Shown here: positions 9,891 to 19,278 of the stretch, piece by piece
Layout of the letters: every line of letters starts with the position of its first letter
How positions within the stretch are numbered: position 1 is the first letter of the stretch
Source of the DNA: Desulfotomaculum sp.
GTDB taxonomy: Bacteria > Bacillota > Desulfotomaculia > Desulfotomaculales > Nap2-2B
Assembly: GCA_003513005.1 (NCBI GenBank)
Contig: DOTD01000092.1
Location: forward strand, 11,845-75,844
Reading direction: 5' to 3'
DNA: 64,000 bases
Program-made: the position numbers and the translations under genes
The notes under the pieces: model-generated
Seen by the model: the letters and a program-made list of their open reading frames with translations, nothing else
Database searches by the model: none
Told to the model about the DNA's origin: nothing

Positions 9891-10589
9891 ATGCGCATCA
9901 CCCGGCGACGAATAGACTTTCTGCAAAAAATTAAACAGCTTTATGAAACAACCAACCTGCCGGTACATTATGCCAGGGTGGCCGAACTGCTGAAAGTCAG
10001 CAAGTGGAGCGCTTATGAGATGATGAAAACGTTGGAAAAGGAAGGCCTTTTAGCCAGCCAATATGAAGTTAACCAGGGAGAAAAATTTCCCGGCCGGGCT
10101 ATGGTACTCTTCACACCCACACACATGGGTGATCTGGTTCTGTCCGGGGAAGCCTTGAAGGAGAAGATCCCTATCAAGGAATGGCAACAAGTTAATGAAA
10201 GGCTATTGTCTCTGTGTGAAAAACTAAAAAAAGCCAATACCAAGGAAATAGTCGAACAACTGATGGCTGAATTGCCTGGTCTGGAAAGCCCCCTGATTTT
10301 CAGCGCATATATGATAGTCCTCTTAATCGCTCAATTGCAAACCATCAGTGAAAAGGGTGTCGGACTGGTTAAAAATGTAGTGATGAATACGATCAAGGCG
10401 GAAACAGGACTGATCATTTTTGCCGGCGCCGTCATGGGCAGCATGTTGAAAACAGCCAACCAGTTTCCGCTGCTGTTCCAGATTGTCAGCTATATGGACA
10501 GATTCCAAGCCAACCTGGCTGAACTTAATCAATCCGAACACGCCCTGCTGATGAATTTCTTTGAGGAGACACTGGAAAAAGCAACGTAA
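9891..10589 (+). CDS. Hypothetical protein with N-terminal winged-helix DNA-binding-like region
   Basis: The N-terminus LPVHYARVAELLKVSKWSAYEMMKTLEKEGLL resembles a wHTH. I do not recognise the C-terminal part. Confidence 0.45.
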   Translation: MRITRRRIDFLQKIKQLYETTNLPVHYARVAELLKVSKWSAYEMMKTLEKEGLLASQYEVNQGEKFPGRAMVLFTPTHMGDLVLSGEALKEKIPIKEWQQVNERLLSLCEKLKKANTKEIVEQLMAELPGLESPLIFSAYMIVLLIAQLQTISEKGVGLVKNVVMNTIKAETGLIIFAGAVMGSMLKTANQFPLLFQIVSYMDRFQANLAELNQSEHALLMNFFEETLEKAT

Positions 10590-10626
10590 GTTTTTACAGG
10601 ATATTTGGGTATATTGAGGTTGAGGA

Positions 10627-10745
10627 GCCATAGCCTTAACCAGGAAAGCTGCGGAAAAACTGGTTGATGAACTGGTGAAAAAGGAGAAGTATGCCGGGAA
10701 GAAGCCAAGGACATGGTAAATGATATGGTGCAGGATTTCCTCTAA
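10627..10745 (+). pseudogene. Remnant of a small phasin-like (COG3937-type) gene, frameshifted in an A-run
   Basis: The region reads ..AIALTRKAAEKLVDELVKK then, after a +1 shift, GEVCREEAKDMVNDMVQDFL*. No start codon is present and stops lie upstream. Confidence 0.35.
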
Positions 10746-10749
10746 TAAC

Positions 10750-11618
10750 AGCTTCAGGGAGTATTCCAGGCTGCGTATCCGGCCATCGGTATCATACTGT
10801 TCTTTTGAAGCCGACAGCTTCTCCTCTATTCCCGAAAGCTCAGACCTCTTACGGCGGATTTCTTCAACCAGGCGGGCGGCCTGCATAATTTTCTCTTGTA
10901 CTTTGATGTCCTGCAGCGCCCCTTCCGTTTCACTTCTCACGGTTTCGGCAGTTTTAATAATCCAGTCATTCAACAGCTGGCCGGGGTTTTTATACTTCTG
11001 GAAGAGTTCCTCCAAACCGCCTTCTCCGTCATTTATCTTGGCAATCACATTTTTCCATTTATCCTGGGCAATCCCGAATTCAGCCAGGCGCCTGACGTAG
11101 CGATCCCCGTCGTCCTCGGGGAAAAAACTGAAAACAAACGGATCTTTTCTTTCCTTTTCGGACAACATTTCTCTGGCTTCCCGAAACGGCGTCACATCCA
11201 GAACACCACCGTTTTTGTCCACAAGAGCGATGTGGGCAATATCAAAAGCATTGGCGCCGGTATATTTCGAGGTAAAGGTAAAATACCTGATCCGGTTCTT
11301 CTCATTTTCCATCCCCGGCGCTTCCGCAGGCACAATCCCGATACCGGTAAGAAGGTACCCGCCGGCGCCGTCAAGCTTCCACTCAATCATAATGTACGCC
11401 GGCAGCTTTTTCTTGCGAAAAAACGCCGCTATATTACGGCCCTGGATCTTGATACACGGTATCACCGGCTGGAGAAAAAGCTGGACCAATACACTTTTAC
11501 CGCCCCAGTTGGCCAGGTTTAAAAGAACATTCTCCCCGCCATGGAAATTGAAAGTTTCATCAAGAATGCGCCGGGAATCGTTGTTGTAAGAAAACTCTTC
11601 AGATATTCGTACAACTCC
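10750..11618 (-). pseudogene. N-terminal ~290 codons of an SMC/ABC-type (JetC/TIGR02680-like) ATPase, 3'-truncated
   Basis: The frame opens after a TAA at 11619-11621 and reads ..FNFHGGENVLLNLANWGGKSVLVQLFLQPVIP.. (degenerate P-loop) followed by the onset of a coiled coil. There is no Walker B or signature motif. Beyond ~10750 the ORF-track protein (10323..11489) is merely antisense to the + strand genes. Confidence 0.5.
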
Positions 11619-12719
11619 TTAAACCTGAATCCATCCGCTTTGAGCGCTGCAAACCTCAGAATGCCGCGGACGAATAAGAGGGGATTCAACAGTTTCCACA
11701 GGAAGGGGATGACTTTTTCATCGCATCTTTCCAGCCGCATTAAATTTTCTTGTTCAAAATCAAAGTTTTTGGTCAGTGAGAGAGTGAAGGAGTCCGCTAT
11801 GGTCTCCTTGTATATCTTTGACAGACCGTGCCGTTCAAGAATTAATCCTTTCTATTCTTCGATCGTGGTATTGATATTTCTCCTTATAACGGCAATCTCT
11901 GACCGCGCCCTCTTCATCTCCTCATCCAGGGTCCCTCTGGAAGTTTCCTCTTCCTTAAGCCGTTCCTCCGACAGAACGATCATATCCCTGATCTCATTCA
12001 TTATGCCATACTCTTCCTCAAGCAGGGCATATGTGCTGCCGACCAGCTTTTCAAACTCCTTGATGTCCACGTCGTAAATATTTTCCCTTATCTTTTGCAT
12101 GAACTGGCTGATATCGTTCTTTTTCTGCCTGATCATCTAGCACCAGGTTGCCGCTCTGCCCGATGGCTTTCTTGTAGTTTTTGCGCCTGATCAGTTCGCG
12201 CAGCTTCAGTTCCTCAATAGTAAAGCTGATCTCCTGCTCTACTTCTTTTGTTCTAAGGAGCAGGTCATATCCCTGGTCTGTAAGCTGGTAGTTCATCACA
12301 TAACCGCGATCGCTGTCCTTCAACTTGTCGTCGATAAGCCTGATCCGGACCGGGGCCATCCCCTTCCCATATCTCATCACCGGGTAATATCTTGCTTCCC
12401 CGCCGTTTTGCAGGATATCCTTGATGATGTAGTCCGTAATCCTGCGGGTGGTTTCCCGGGGAAAACTAAGGCCGAAATCAGGAATAATCCTTGCAACGAA
12501 GGACGTTATAACTTCTATGGTACACTCCTCGTCCTCGGCAAGAGTCCTGTCCATTATAAAGACAAGGACAGCAAAAATAATATTGTCAAGCTGTCCCGGC
12601 TCAAGCAGCTTCTCTATGTCCATTTTCCGGTTGCCGCGGTTTACAATAGAATCTACGGCTGCTATAATCTGCATCCGCTTCTCAAAACCTTCGAGGAACT
12701 CCAATCCCTCCACATTCAT
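11519..12719 (-). pseudogene. Broken ~400-codon gene of unknown family upstream of the ATPase remnant
   Basis: Three collinear pieces: frame A to ~12137, a frameshift to MIRQKKNDISQF.., then an in-frame TAG at 11852-11854 followed by KGLILERHGLSKIY...MAGRMFF*. Confidence 0.45.
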
Positions 12720-13060
12720 TGAGAAGTTCAACGCCTTCAGCCAGTTTAAGCATGAGCCGGTACAAGCCGGAAAAAGGCTTGAGATCAAGATTGGGGTTGG
12801 CTTCCCTGGCCCGGAAAAACAGACGGATTCCCTCCGGATCAAGGTCCCCGAAATAAAAAAAACGCCCCGCTTGATCCTTTTTGCCGCCCAGCATGCCGGC
12901 ATTGTATTCCTCAAGGGCGCCGCGTTTGGAAATCTTATTGCCTTCGCCATAAAGAAGAGCATCGACAGGGACACCGGCTATTATATTCTTCCCGGTATCC
13001 TGCATCAGTTTTCTAAAAGTAAACCAGAGCAGCGCCTGAAGACGAATCAGGATTTGGGAG
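12682..13060 (-). pseudogene. Toprim-type (DUF2220/JetD-C-terminal-like) domain remnant, 5'-truncated at the transposase gene
   Basis: ..FFYFGDLDPEGIRLFFRAREANP.. matches the YWGDxDxxG pattern of JetD/TopoVI-A-like Toprim domains. The frame has no credible start and abuts the transposase gene at 13080. Confidence 0.4.
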
Positions 13061-13079
13061 ATTAGGGAGGTTCACCTGC

Positions 13080-14384
13080 ATGGCTATTATACCACAACTT
13101 CGCATATTTGGCTGGAAAGAAATCGAAGAATTAGGTGATTTGGAGCGGTTACCGTCTCGTGCTGGAATATATGCCGGACGAAAAACTTATTAGACAACTG
13201 GAAAAAGAGCGGTATAAAGGATGGGACGATTATCCCGTACGGGCGATGTGGAACTCCGTATTTGCCGGCATAGTGTTTCAGCATGATAACGTAGAAAAAC
13301 TGCGCCGGGAACTAAGGCGAAACGGTCAACTGCGGAATATGAGCGGATTTAAAAGTAAGGCCGTGCCCCCAGCATGGGTATATACACGATTTTTGAAAAA
13401 AATATTAAACATACGGAAAAAGTAGACGAGATATTCGAAAAGCTGGTTGAACAGTTGCAGGAACTATTGCCTGACTTCAGCAAGCACCTGGCCGTAGACA
13501 GCAAAGCCATCTCATCGGCTGCCCAGGGGAAGAATGGTAACCAGACCCCGAATGGCAGACGGGATACGGATGCCGATTATGGGAAAAAAGAGTACCGGGG
13601 TCAGAACAAAAACGGCAGCCTCTGGGAAAAGATCGTGAAGTGGTTTGGCTACAAGCTGCATTCAGTCGTGGATGCAACCTATGAATTGCCCGTGGCCTAT
13701 AAAGTCACAAAAGCTTCGGCTTCAGACATCACAGAAGGACACGCCTTACTTGAACAGATGGAAGAAAAGCAACTGGAGATTTTGAAAACAGCAGAAACAT
13801 TGGTGGGAGATAAGGGCTATGATGATACAAAACTGATCAAGAAATGCTGGGATCAGTATCAAATCAAACCGGTAATCGACATACGCAACATGTGGAAAGA
13901 CGGGGAAGAAACGCGCCTGCTTAACGGAAGAACCAATGTAACTTATAACTATAAAGGCAACGTTTACTGCTATTGCCCAAAAACAAATACCAAACGGGAA
14001 ATGACCAATGGGGGGTTTGAAAAAGACCGAAGCACCTTAAAGAAATTATGTCCGGCCAAACAGTACGGAATTATCTGCCAAGGCCAAGAAGCATGTCCGG
14101 TGGCGCAAGGGCTTCGGATCCCCCTAACGGAAGATCGAAGAATCTTTACGCCGATTGATCGCGCAAGCTACAAGTGGGGAAAAGAATATGACAAACGTGC
14201 CAGTGTGGAACGAGTAAATAGCCGGTTAGACGTCTCCTTTGGCTTTGAACTGCACACAATCCGGGGAATGGCCAAGATGAAACTAAGGTGCGGATTGGCG
14301 CTGTGTGTTATGCTGGCCATGGACGAGAGGCGAATCAAAGGAAAACAAAAAGAGAAAATGCGAAGTCTGGTGGCAGCAGCCTAA
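13080..14384 (+). pseudogene. DUF772 + DDE (IS5/IS1182-group-like) transposase with two frameshifts
   Basis: An ATG at 13080 follows TAGGGAGG. The first piece reads MAIIPQLRIFGWKEIEELGDLERL. After a frameshift (~13150) it reads RLVLEYMPDEKLIRQLEKERYKGWDDYPVRAMWN... After a second frameshift (~13390) comes the DDE core (..VGDKGYDD.., ..YDKRASVERVNSRLD..). Confidence 0.7.
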
Positions 14385-14612
14385 AAAGTATCCATATAGA
14401 AATAACTTTTCCGATAAAATATCCTCAGCCCTAAACTGGGGAAACAGGATAGGTGTACTCATTATCATGGTAAAATGAGAAAAATAATTTAATTAATAAA
14501 GAAATATGTCATTATTGTAGCACAGTTTCAATTTACCAATTGAGAATGCTTGACCAATGACTAAAAAACCAAAAAAAGCTTACAAAGCAAAAAGCATAAT
14601 ACCCAAAAATTC

Positions 14613-14652
14613 TTGACAGCATCATCGATGTGCACTATATTTACAATGCACA
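14613..14652 (+). promoter_or_regulatory. Promoter plus inverted-repeat operator candidate for dinJ-yafQ
   Basis: TTGACA (14613-18), a 17-nt spacer, then TATATT (14636-41). The inverted repeat TGTGCA (14629-34) / TGCACA (14647-52) straddles the -10. Confidence 0.45.
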
Positions 14653-14699
14653 TATTTCATGTTAGAATGTATACAATGATAACAAAGGAGGGGTGGCAA

Positions 14700-14981
14700 A
14701 TGTCTGAAACGACAAATTTAACCATTCGCATTGATAAGGAACTCAAGGAGCAGGCAGAACAGCTTTTCTCTGAATTGGGTATGAATATGACGACGGCATT
14801 CACCGTCTTCGTCCGACAGGCTGTTCGACAGAGAAAAATACCCTTTGAAATTTCCTTAAATATTCCGAATACTGAAACAATAGCGGCTATGGAGGAAGCC
14901 AATAGAATAAGCCATGACCCAAATGCAAAACGCTATTCAAGTTTTGAAGAATTGGTAGCGGAGGTCCGGAATGAAGTATGA
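14700..14981 (+). CDS. dinJ: RelB/DinJ-family antitoxin
   Basis: The ATG at 14700 is preceded by AAGGAGGGG. MSETTNLTIRIDKELKEQAEQLFSELGMNMTTAFTVFVRQAV is a typical DinJ RHH N-terminus. Confidence 0.8.
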   Translation: MSETTNLTIRIDKELKEQAEQLFSELGMNMTTAFTVFVRQAVRQRKIPFEISLNIPNTETIAAMEEANRISHDPNAKRYSSFEELVAEVRNEV

Positions 14982-15246
14982 GATTTTATCGACGGGCAGA
15001 TTCAAAAAGGACTTAAAGGCAATTATGAAGCGAGGGTACAATATCCAATTGCTGCAAGATGTTGTTTCTCTGCTGGCTGCTGGAATACCCTTGCCGGAAA
15101 AAAACAAAGACCATATGTTAACAGGTGATTGGACCAGGCATAGAGAATGCCATATTACTCCCGATTGGCTTTAAATTTACAAGATTAACAACGATGTTTT
15201 AGTTTTGACGCTTACCAGAACAGGTACACACAGTGACTTGTTTTGA
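14971..15246 (+). pseudogene. yafQ: YafQ-family mRNA interferase toxin interrupted by an in-frame TAA
   Basis: It reads MKYEILSTGRFKKDLK...HRECHITPDWL-TAA-IYKINNDVLVLTLTRTGTHSDLF*. The same frame continues 24 codons past the stop (15172-15174) and restores the conserved YafQ C-terminus. Confidence 0.7.
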
Positions 15247-15560
15247 ACAAAACACCCGGGTCAAACCATTTTTTTCGACAGCGGACAACGGTAAGATCCG
15301 GTTAACTATCTTTTTCCGGATTACCCTTCTTGTTGTGAAACCTCCGTTCGGAAAGCCCCGCCCCGGCAAGACCGGGAAGCAGCATCAGGCTCAACACAAG
15401 AAACAAGCAGGTTAAGATCAAAATCTAAAAAATTAATCCTCCAGTTTCCCCCTCCCCCAACCCCCTCCCGCTCATAAGGAGGGGGAATTAGGCAATTACA
15501 ATCTTCTCTTGCTCCTTTCCCCTTGAAGGGGAAGGGTTAGGGTGGGGGTGTTTTAATACT

Positions 15561-16650
15561 CTATTTTTCAGACAACCTTTTCAGCATGGTTGCGCATTCC
15601 GCTCTGGTAGAAGTTTTTTGCGGCCCAAAGGTTCCGTCGGGATAGCCGCTGACCAATCCCTGGTGTACGGCTGCCGCCGCCGCGGTTTTCGCCCAGGCGG
15701 AAATCTCTCCGGCATCGGAAAAACGCCCCGGCAGTTCAGCGGTTTGCGCTTCGTTTAGCTCTGCGGAGATTCCCTTGGCGGTAAGGGCGCGGGTGATCAA
15801 GGCGGCTACCTGCTCCCTGGTTACCGGGTCATCAGGGCCAAACTGGTTTTTGCTATAACCCTTAACCAGGCCGTTATGGACGGCGGAGGCAATAACCCGG
15901 TAGTGCCAGGCGCCCGGTAAAACGTCGGCGAAGGTCTCTTCCGCCGCCTCCGGTAGACTCAGGACGCGCACCAAAAGGGCGGTGAATTCCGCTCTGGTCA
16001 CTGGCTGATCCGGCCGGCAGGCGCCATCGGGGTAGCCTTTGAGAAAACCTTTGGCGGCCATGAATTCGATTGCTTCTTTAGCCCAGTGGCCGGCAATGTC
16101 TTTAAAGGTAACGGGAGGCGCCTGAGTTGCCTTTTCGGTGGCTAAGACGGCAAATTTGGTAAAGTGGTCTACCTCGCCGCTTACCGTGCCGGCTGCCAGA
16201 TCTACCTTCATATTAGCCAGTTCCACCTATTTCCGGATGCTTTCATCAAACCAATAGATGCTGACGCGGTGTTTTTCAGGGTTTGCCCCGGACTGATTAA
16301 AGGCAAGGGTGATAGTTACCGGCTTTGTAAAGTCGCCTGCTTTGTCGTTGGTAATTTCAAATATTTCACTGACCAGCTTAGCTTTGGCCGGCAGCGGCAG
16401 GTTTAAGGCAGTGGCTGCCTTTTCAATCTTTACTTTGATCTCGTCGGCTACCGCCCCGGCCGGGATGGTTATGGTAACGCCATCTTTGTTCACTGTTTTA
16501 CCGGCGGAAGTGACGGTTTCCCCAGTCGCCGCCGCCACCACCGCCGCCGCCACCACCGCCTGCCGGAGGCGCGCTTACCGTCGTGAAATTCCACACAGGC
16601 CCTTCTCTAACGACGCCATGGTTATCCCTGGCAACTACGTTCCGGATTAT
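15561..16650 (-). pseudogene. C-terminal remnant of an S-layer-homology surface protein (3 SLH repeats)
   Basis: It is paralogous to the C-terminus of the 60023.. protein. There is an in-frame TAG at 16227-16229 where the paralog has Trp, a frameshift inside the GGC/GGT poly-Gly tract (~16520-16556), and no N-terminal part. Confidence 0.7.
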
Positions 16651-16654
16651 TACT

Positions 16655-16998
16655 ATGACGCTTCTGAAATACAGAGAATGGGAAGAGTTTAAGTTTCAAG
16701 TACAAAATGAAGAGAGCTTCTTCTTTGAAGCTTATGAAGATACCATACGAGCTATTTGCAGGAATTTGATTAGATCTTTCCCCGAAAGTGAACTTAAATT
16801 GTTATGGTTGCACTCCAATGCATATTTCAATTGCGAAAAAAAAGGTTCCCTGTTTTGGATGAAATGATTGAGAATGTAGAAGATGAGTTGTATTCAATAG
16901 TCTGCGATGTTGTTGCGGCCGCAAATGAAGAAATAGAGAATCCAAGCAATGAGAAGGAATATGACAATCCCATCAAACCCTTAGAAAAAAATATTTAA
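16655..16998 (+). pseudogene. Small hypothetical gene split by a frameshift in an A8 run
   Basis: MTLLKYREWEEFKFQ...NAYFNCEKK (A8 at ~16839-16846) continues in the +1 frame as FPVLDEMIENVEDELYS...PLEKNI*. Confidence 0.3.
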
Positions 16999-17023
16999 TT
17001 CATACTATTATTTAATTCATACT

Positions 17024-18983
17024 ATATATGATTCCCCTGCGAAAAGGGGTATTTTTTTCTTGCATTTTCCCCTTAAAAAAATTGAACTGGGATTATCATC
17101 CATTTAACTGACCATTATTTTGGCTACTTTTACGGTTTTATACTTGGATTATGGTTATCATCCTTTGTATTACTAGTTTTTTCTAGTAAATGGGCGCAAT
17201 AATCCCTTGATTATTGTTGTTTACAATTTCTGTAGCCTTTTTCCTTATATCTCCTTTGAAGAAGCGGACGATTTGCTTGAAGTTGTGTCCAATGATTTTC
17301 ATCCCGGTAACCAATGTTGCTTTGACTTTACCCCGTACATTAAGTCTTCCTGCCCCCTGTGAACACTTTAGCGAGGAGTTGGTTCCTTCAATGGCTGTAC
17401 GTTTGCTGGTAGCTTCTTTCCTGGCTCTTTTGTCCTCTTTCCGTTCGCGAGCTTCGGCCAGAAATATAGCACTCTGTTCAACTCGCAATACGGTACTATT
17501 TTTTCGGAATTCTACCGGGCAGGCGTCTTGCCGGGGACAGTTTGAACAGACATTCCTGTCGAAATGAGCGAGAATCACCTTGTTCTTTCCATTGAACTGG
17601 CAGCTATGTGGAGCGTGTCCTTCTGGGCAGGCCTCAACCGTTTTGTGGTCTTTAATGGTAAATGTGGTTAGCGGAAGCTTTTCAGGATCTGGTTGTTTTC
17701 CGGTCATGTCTGTATAATGCATCGTAATTCCATTATCTTGCGCTTGCTTTTCTACTTCCCCGCTAAAATAACCTCCATCGACGTAAAAGTCGGTGACATC
17801 CATTTTCTTTTGTATTTCAGGGATGCGCTTTTCTAATATCTCAGCATCGCCAACCCTGTTTTTCTCGACTGTATAGTCGGTGATTATTTGGACGGGGTTT
17901 TCGTCAGCACAAGTTTCGGTGATATTTAGGACTAGACCAACATGCCCTTTGGATCCCTTCTTACGGTAGGTCACATCTTGGTCGTAGGCTGATTGCAGGG
18001 AGTCGGCCTCAATGTCTTTATTTGCTTTTGCTTTCCAGGTATTCTTCTCGCTATCAAAAGTAGCCTGCTCGTTGATAAACCGCTGGAGAATCGCTATGGC
18101 GTTCAATTCACGTATGTACGGATTTGCTTCGGTGATGGATATCAGTTCGATCCCAAAATCGAGTATCTCCTGGATGCGTTTTTGTGCTTCACTGCCCCTG
18201 GAACGGTATAAGGCCTTCGTTTTGTACTCTGGTTCGAGCACCTGCTTTAAGGAATCTGTAAGAAGTTCCGGGGGGCAGGCGGTCAGGGCCTGAGACAAAA
18301 CATCATAGGCCAATGACAGCCGACCCGCCAATTTGATATTGGTCATGATTTGCGTGGAGTCTGCACGTTGCTCTTTGGTGTTGATCCCAGTTGACTCAAT
18401 AAACTGCCTGGTTAGTTTTTCGAATTGCCCAAAGATGAGATCGTCTTTATCCGGGTTTTCAACAGTATAGCGGTAAACCCGCCGCCGAAATTCGTACAAG
18501 GTGCGTTCGGCCAGATAGAGTTCACCGAGGTTGCGCAGACCAACAGCATACATAATCTGGTAGTTAAAACGAAACTGCTCGAGAATATCTTCGTCGGTGT
18601 AATCTTTCATGTGTTTAATGAACTCCAGGGAAAGCAGAATATTTACGGGGAAATTGGGGCGGCCGTTGTCCAGGCTGTACAAACAGGAAAAAGGAGCCTC
18701 ATCGATTTTACAAAACACATGCTCATAGAAAAGGGGCGCCCAAGTTTCCTGTAAACTGGCTTGTATCTTTGGATTCATCCATGAAAAACTATTAAATAGT
18801 TCTCCTTGTAGGTGGTCTTTGTTTTCCCGGAACATCTGAATCCTCCCTGATCGTATTTTGTTAGTTTGTCGTCAGATATCTTTCGATCTCTTTATTACAC
18901 TTCGATATTTACCCTTATTTCTCCTGCTGCCTCAGGAACTAATTTTTGTTATTCTATGGGGTTTTTGCAGTAGAATCATATAT
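17024..18983 (-). mobile_element. IS1182-family insertion sequence (~1.96 kb) with imperfect terminal inverted repeats
   Basis: The left end is ATATATGATTCCCCTGCGAAAAGG. The reverse complement of the right end is ATATATGATTCTACTGCAAAAACC. About 19 of the first 24 nt match by my manual alignment. A single intact transposase lies inside. Confidence 0.55.
17183..18835 (-). CDS. IS1182-family transposase (DUF772 N-terminus, DDE core, C-terminal Cys cluster)
   Basis: 550 aa and intact. The N-terminus ..RPNFPVNILLSLEFIKHMKDYTDEDILEQ.., the C-terminal ..RTAIEGTNSSLK.. and a CxxC..C cluster are typical of IS1182-group transposases. Confidence 0.8.
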   Translation of the reverse strand: MFRENKDHLQGELFNSFSWMNPKIQASLQETWAPLFYEHVFCKIDEAPFSCLYSLDNGRPNFPVNILLSLEFIKHMKDYTDEDILEQFRFNYQIMYAVGLRNLGELYLAERTLYEFRRRVYRYTVENPDKDDLIFGQFEKLTRQFIESTGINTKEQRADSTQIMTNIKLAGRLSLAYDVLSQALTACPPELLTDSLKQVLEPEYKTKALYRSRGSEAQKRIQEILDFGIELISITEANPYIRELNAIAILQRFINEQATFDSEKNTWKAKANKDIEADSLQSAYDQDVTYRKKGSKGHVGLVLNITETCADENPVQIITDYTVEKNRVGDAEILEKRIPEIQKKMDVTDFYVDGGYFSGEVEKQAQDNGITMHYTDMTGKQPDPEKLPLTTFTIKDHKTVEACPEGHAPHSCQFNGKNKVILAHFDRNVCSNCPRQDACPVEFRKNSTVLRVEQSAIFLAEARERKEDKRARKEATSKRTAIEGTNSSLKCSQGAGRLNVRGKVKATLVTGMKIIGHNFKQIVRFFKGDIRKKATEIVNNNNQGIIAPIY

Positions 18984-19278
18984 GGCGCACAGGTGGATTA
19001 TGGTTTTTTTGGTGGCCGGCAAGAGAAAACCAGAAATATAAAAACCTTTTCCCGGAAGAAAGCTTTACGATCACTTTAATTGATGAAGAAGATAGTATCT
19101 ATCAGGTCACGGGAAGAAAAGTTAACTGGGGAAGAGGTAGGGTATATATTGGTAATTTATTGAAGAGTTTATTTCAAAAAGATGATCGTATTGTAATTTT
19201 CCGTTATGCGTATGACGATAAGGTCTATGTCTACAGCGAACGTAAATATGAAGAAATAAATGGGCTTTCAACAATATA
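18974..19278 (+). pseudogene. Start-less ORF fragment abutting the IS right end (possible beta-barrel DNA-binding domain)
   Basis: The frame opens at the IS boundary and has no ATG/GTG/TTG until late. ..FTITLIDEEDSIYQVTGRKVNWGRGRVYIGNLLKSLFQKDDRIVIFRYAYDDKVYVY loosely resembles AbrB/B3-like barrels. Confidence 0.2.

Noticed and set aside
10323-11489. The 388-aa ORF-track protein could be taken as an intact gene.
   Set aside because: Only the upstream ~250 residues look like real protein (P-loop region plus coiled coil). The last ~140 residues are antisense to the + strand gene 9891..10589 and to a phasin-like remnant. The true N-terminus lies upstream of the track start, where there is no canonical start codon. 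It is a truncated relic.
16227-16229. The in-frame TAG codons here and at 11852-11854 could be read as pyrrolysine in a Peptococcaceae-like genome.
   Set aside because: Both lie in genes that also carry frameshifts or truncations. The TAG at 16227 aligns with a conserved Trp (TGG) of the intact paralog, so a simple nonsense mutation explains it. No methylamine methyltransferase or pyl genes are in the window.
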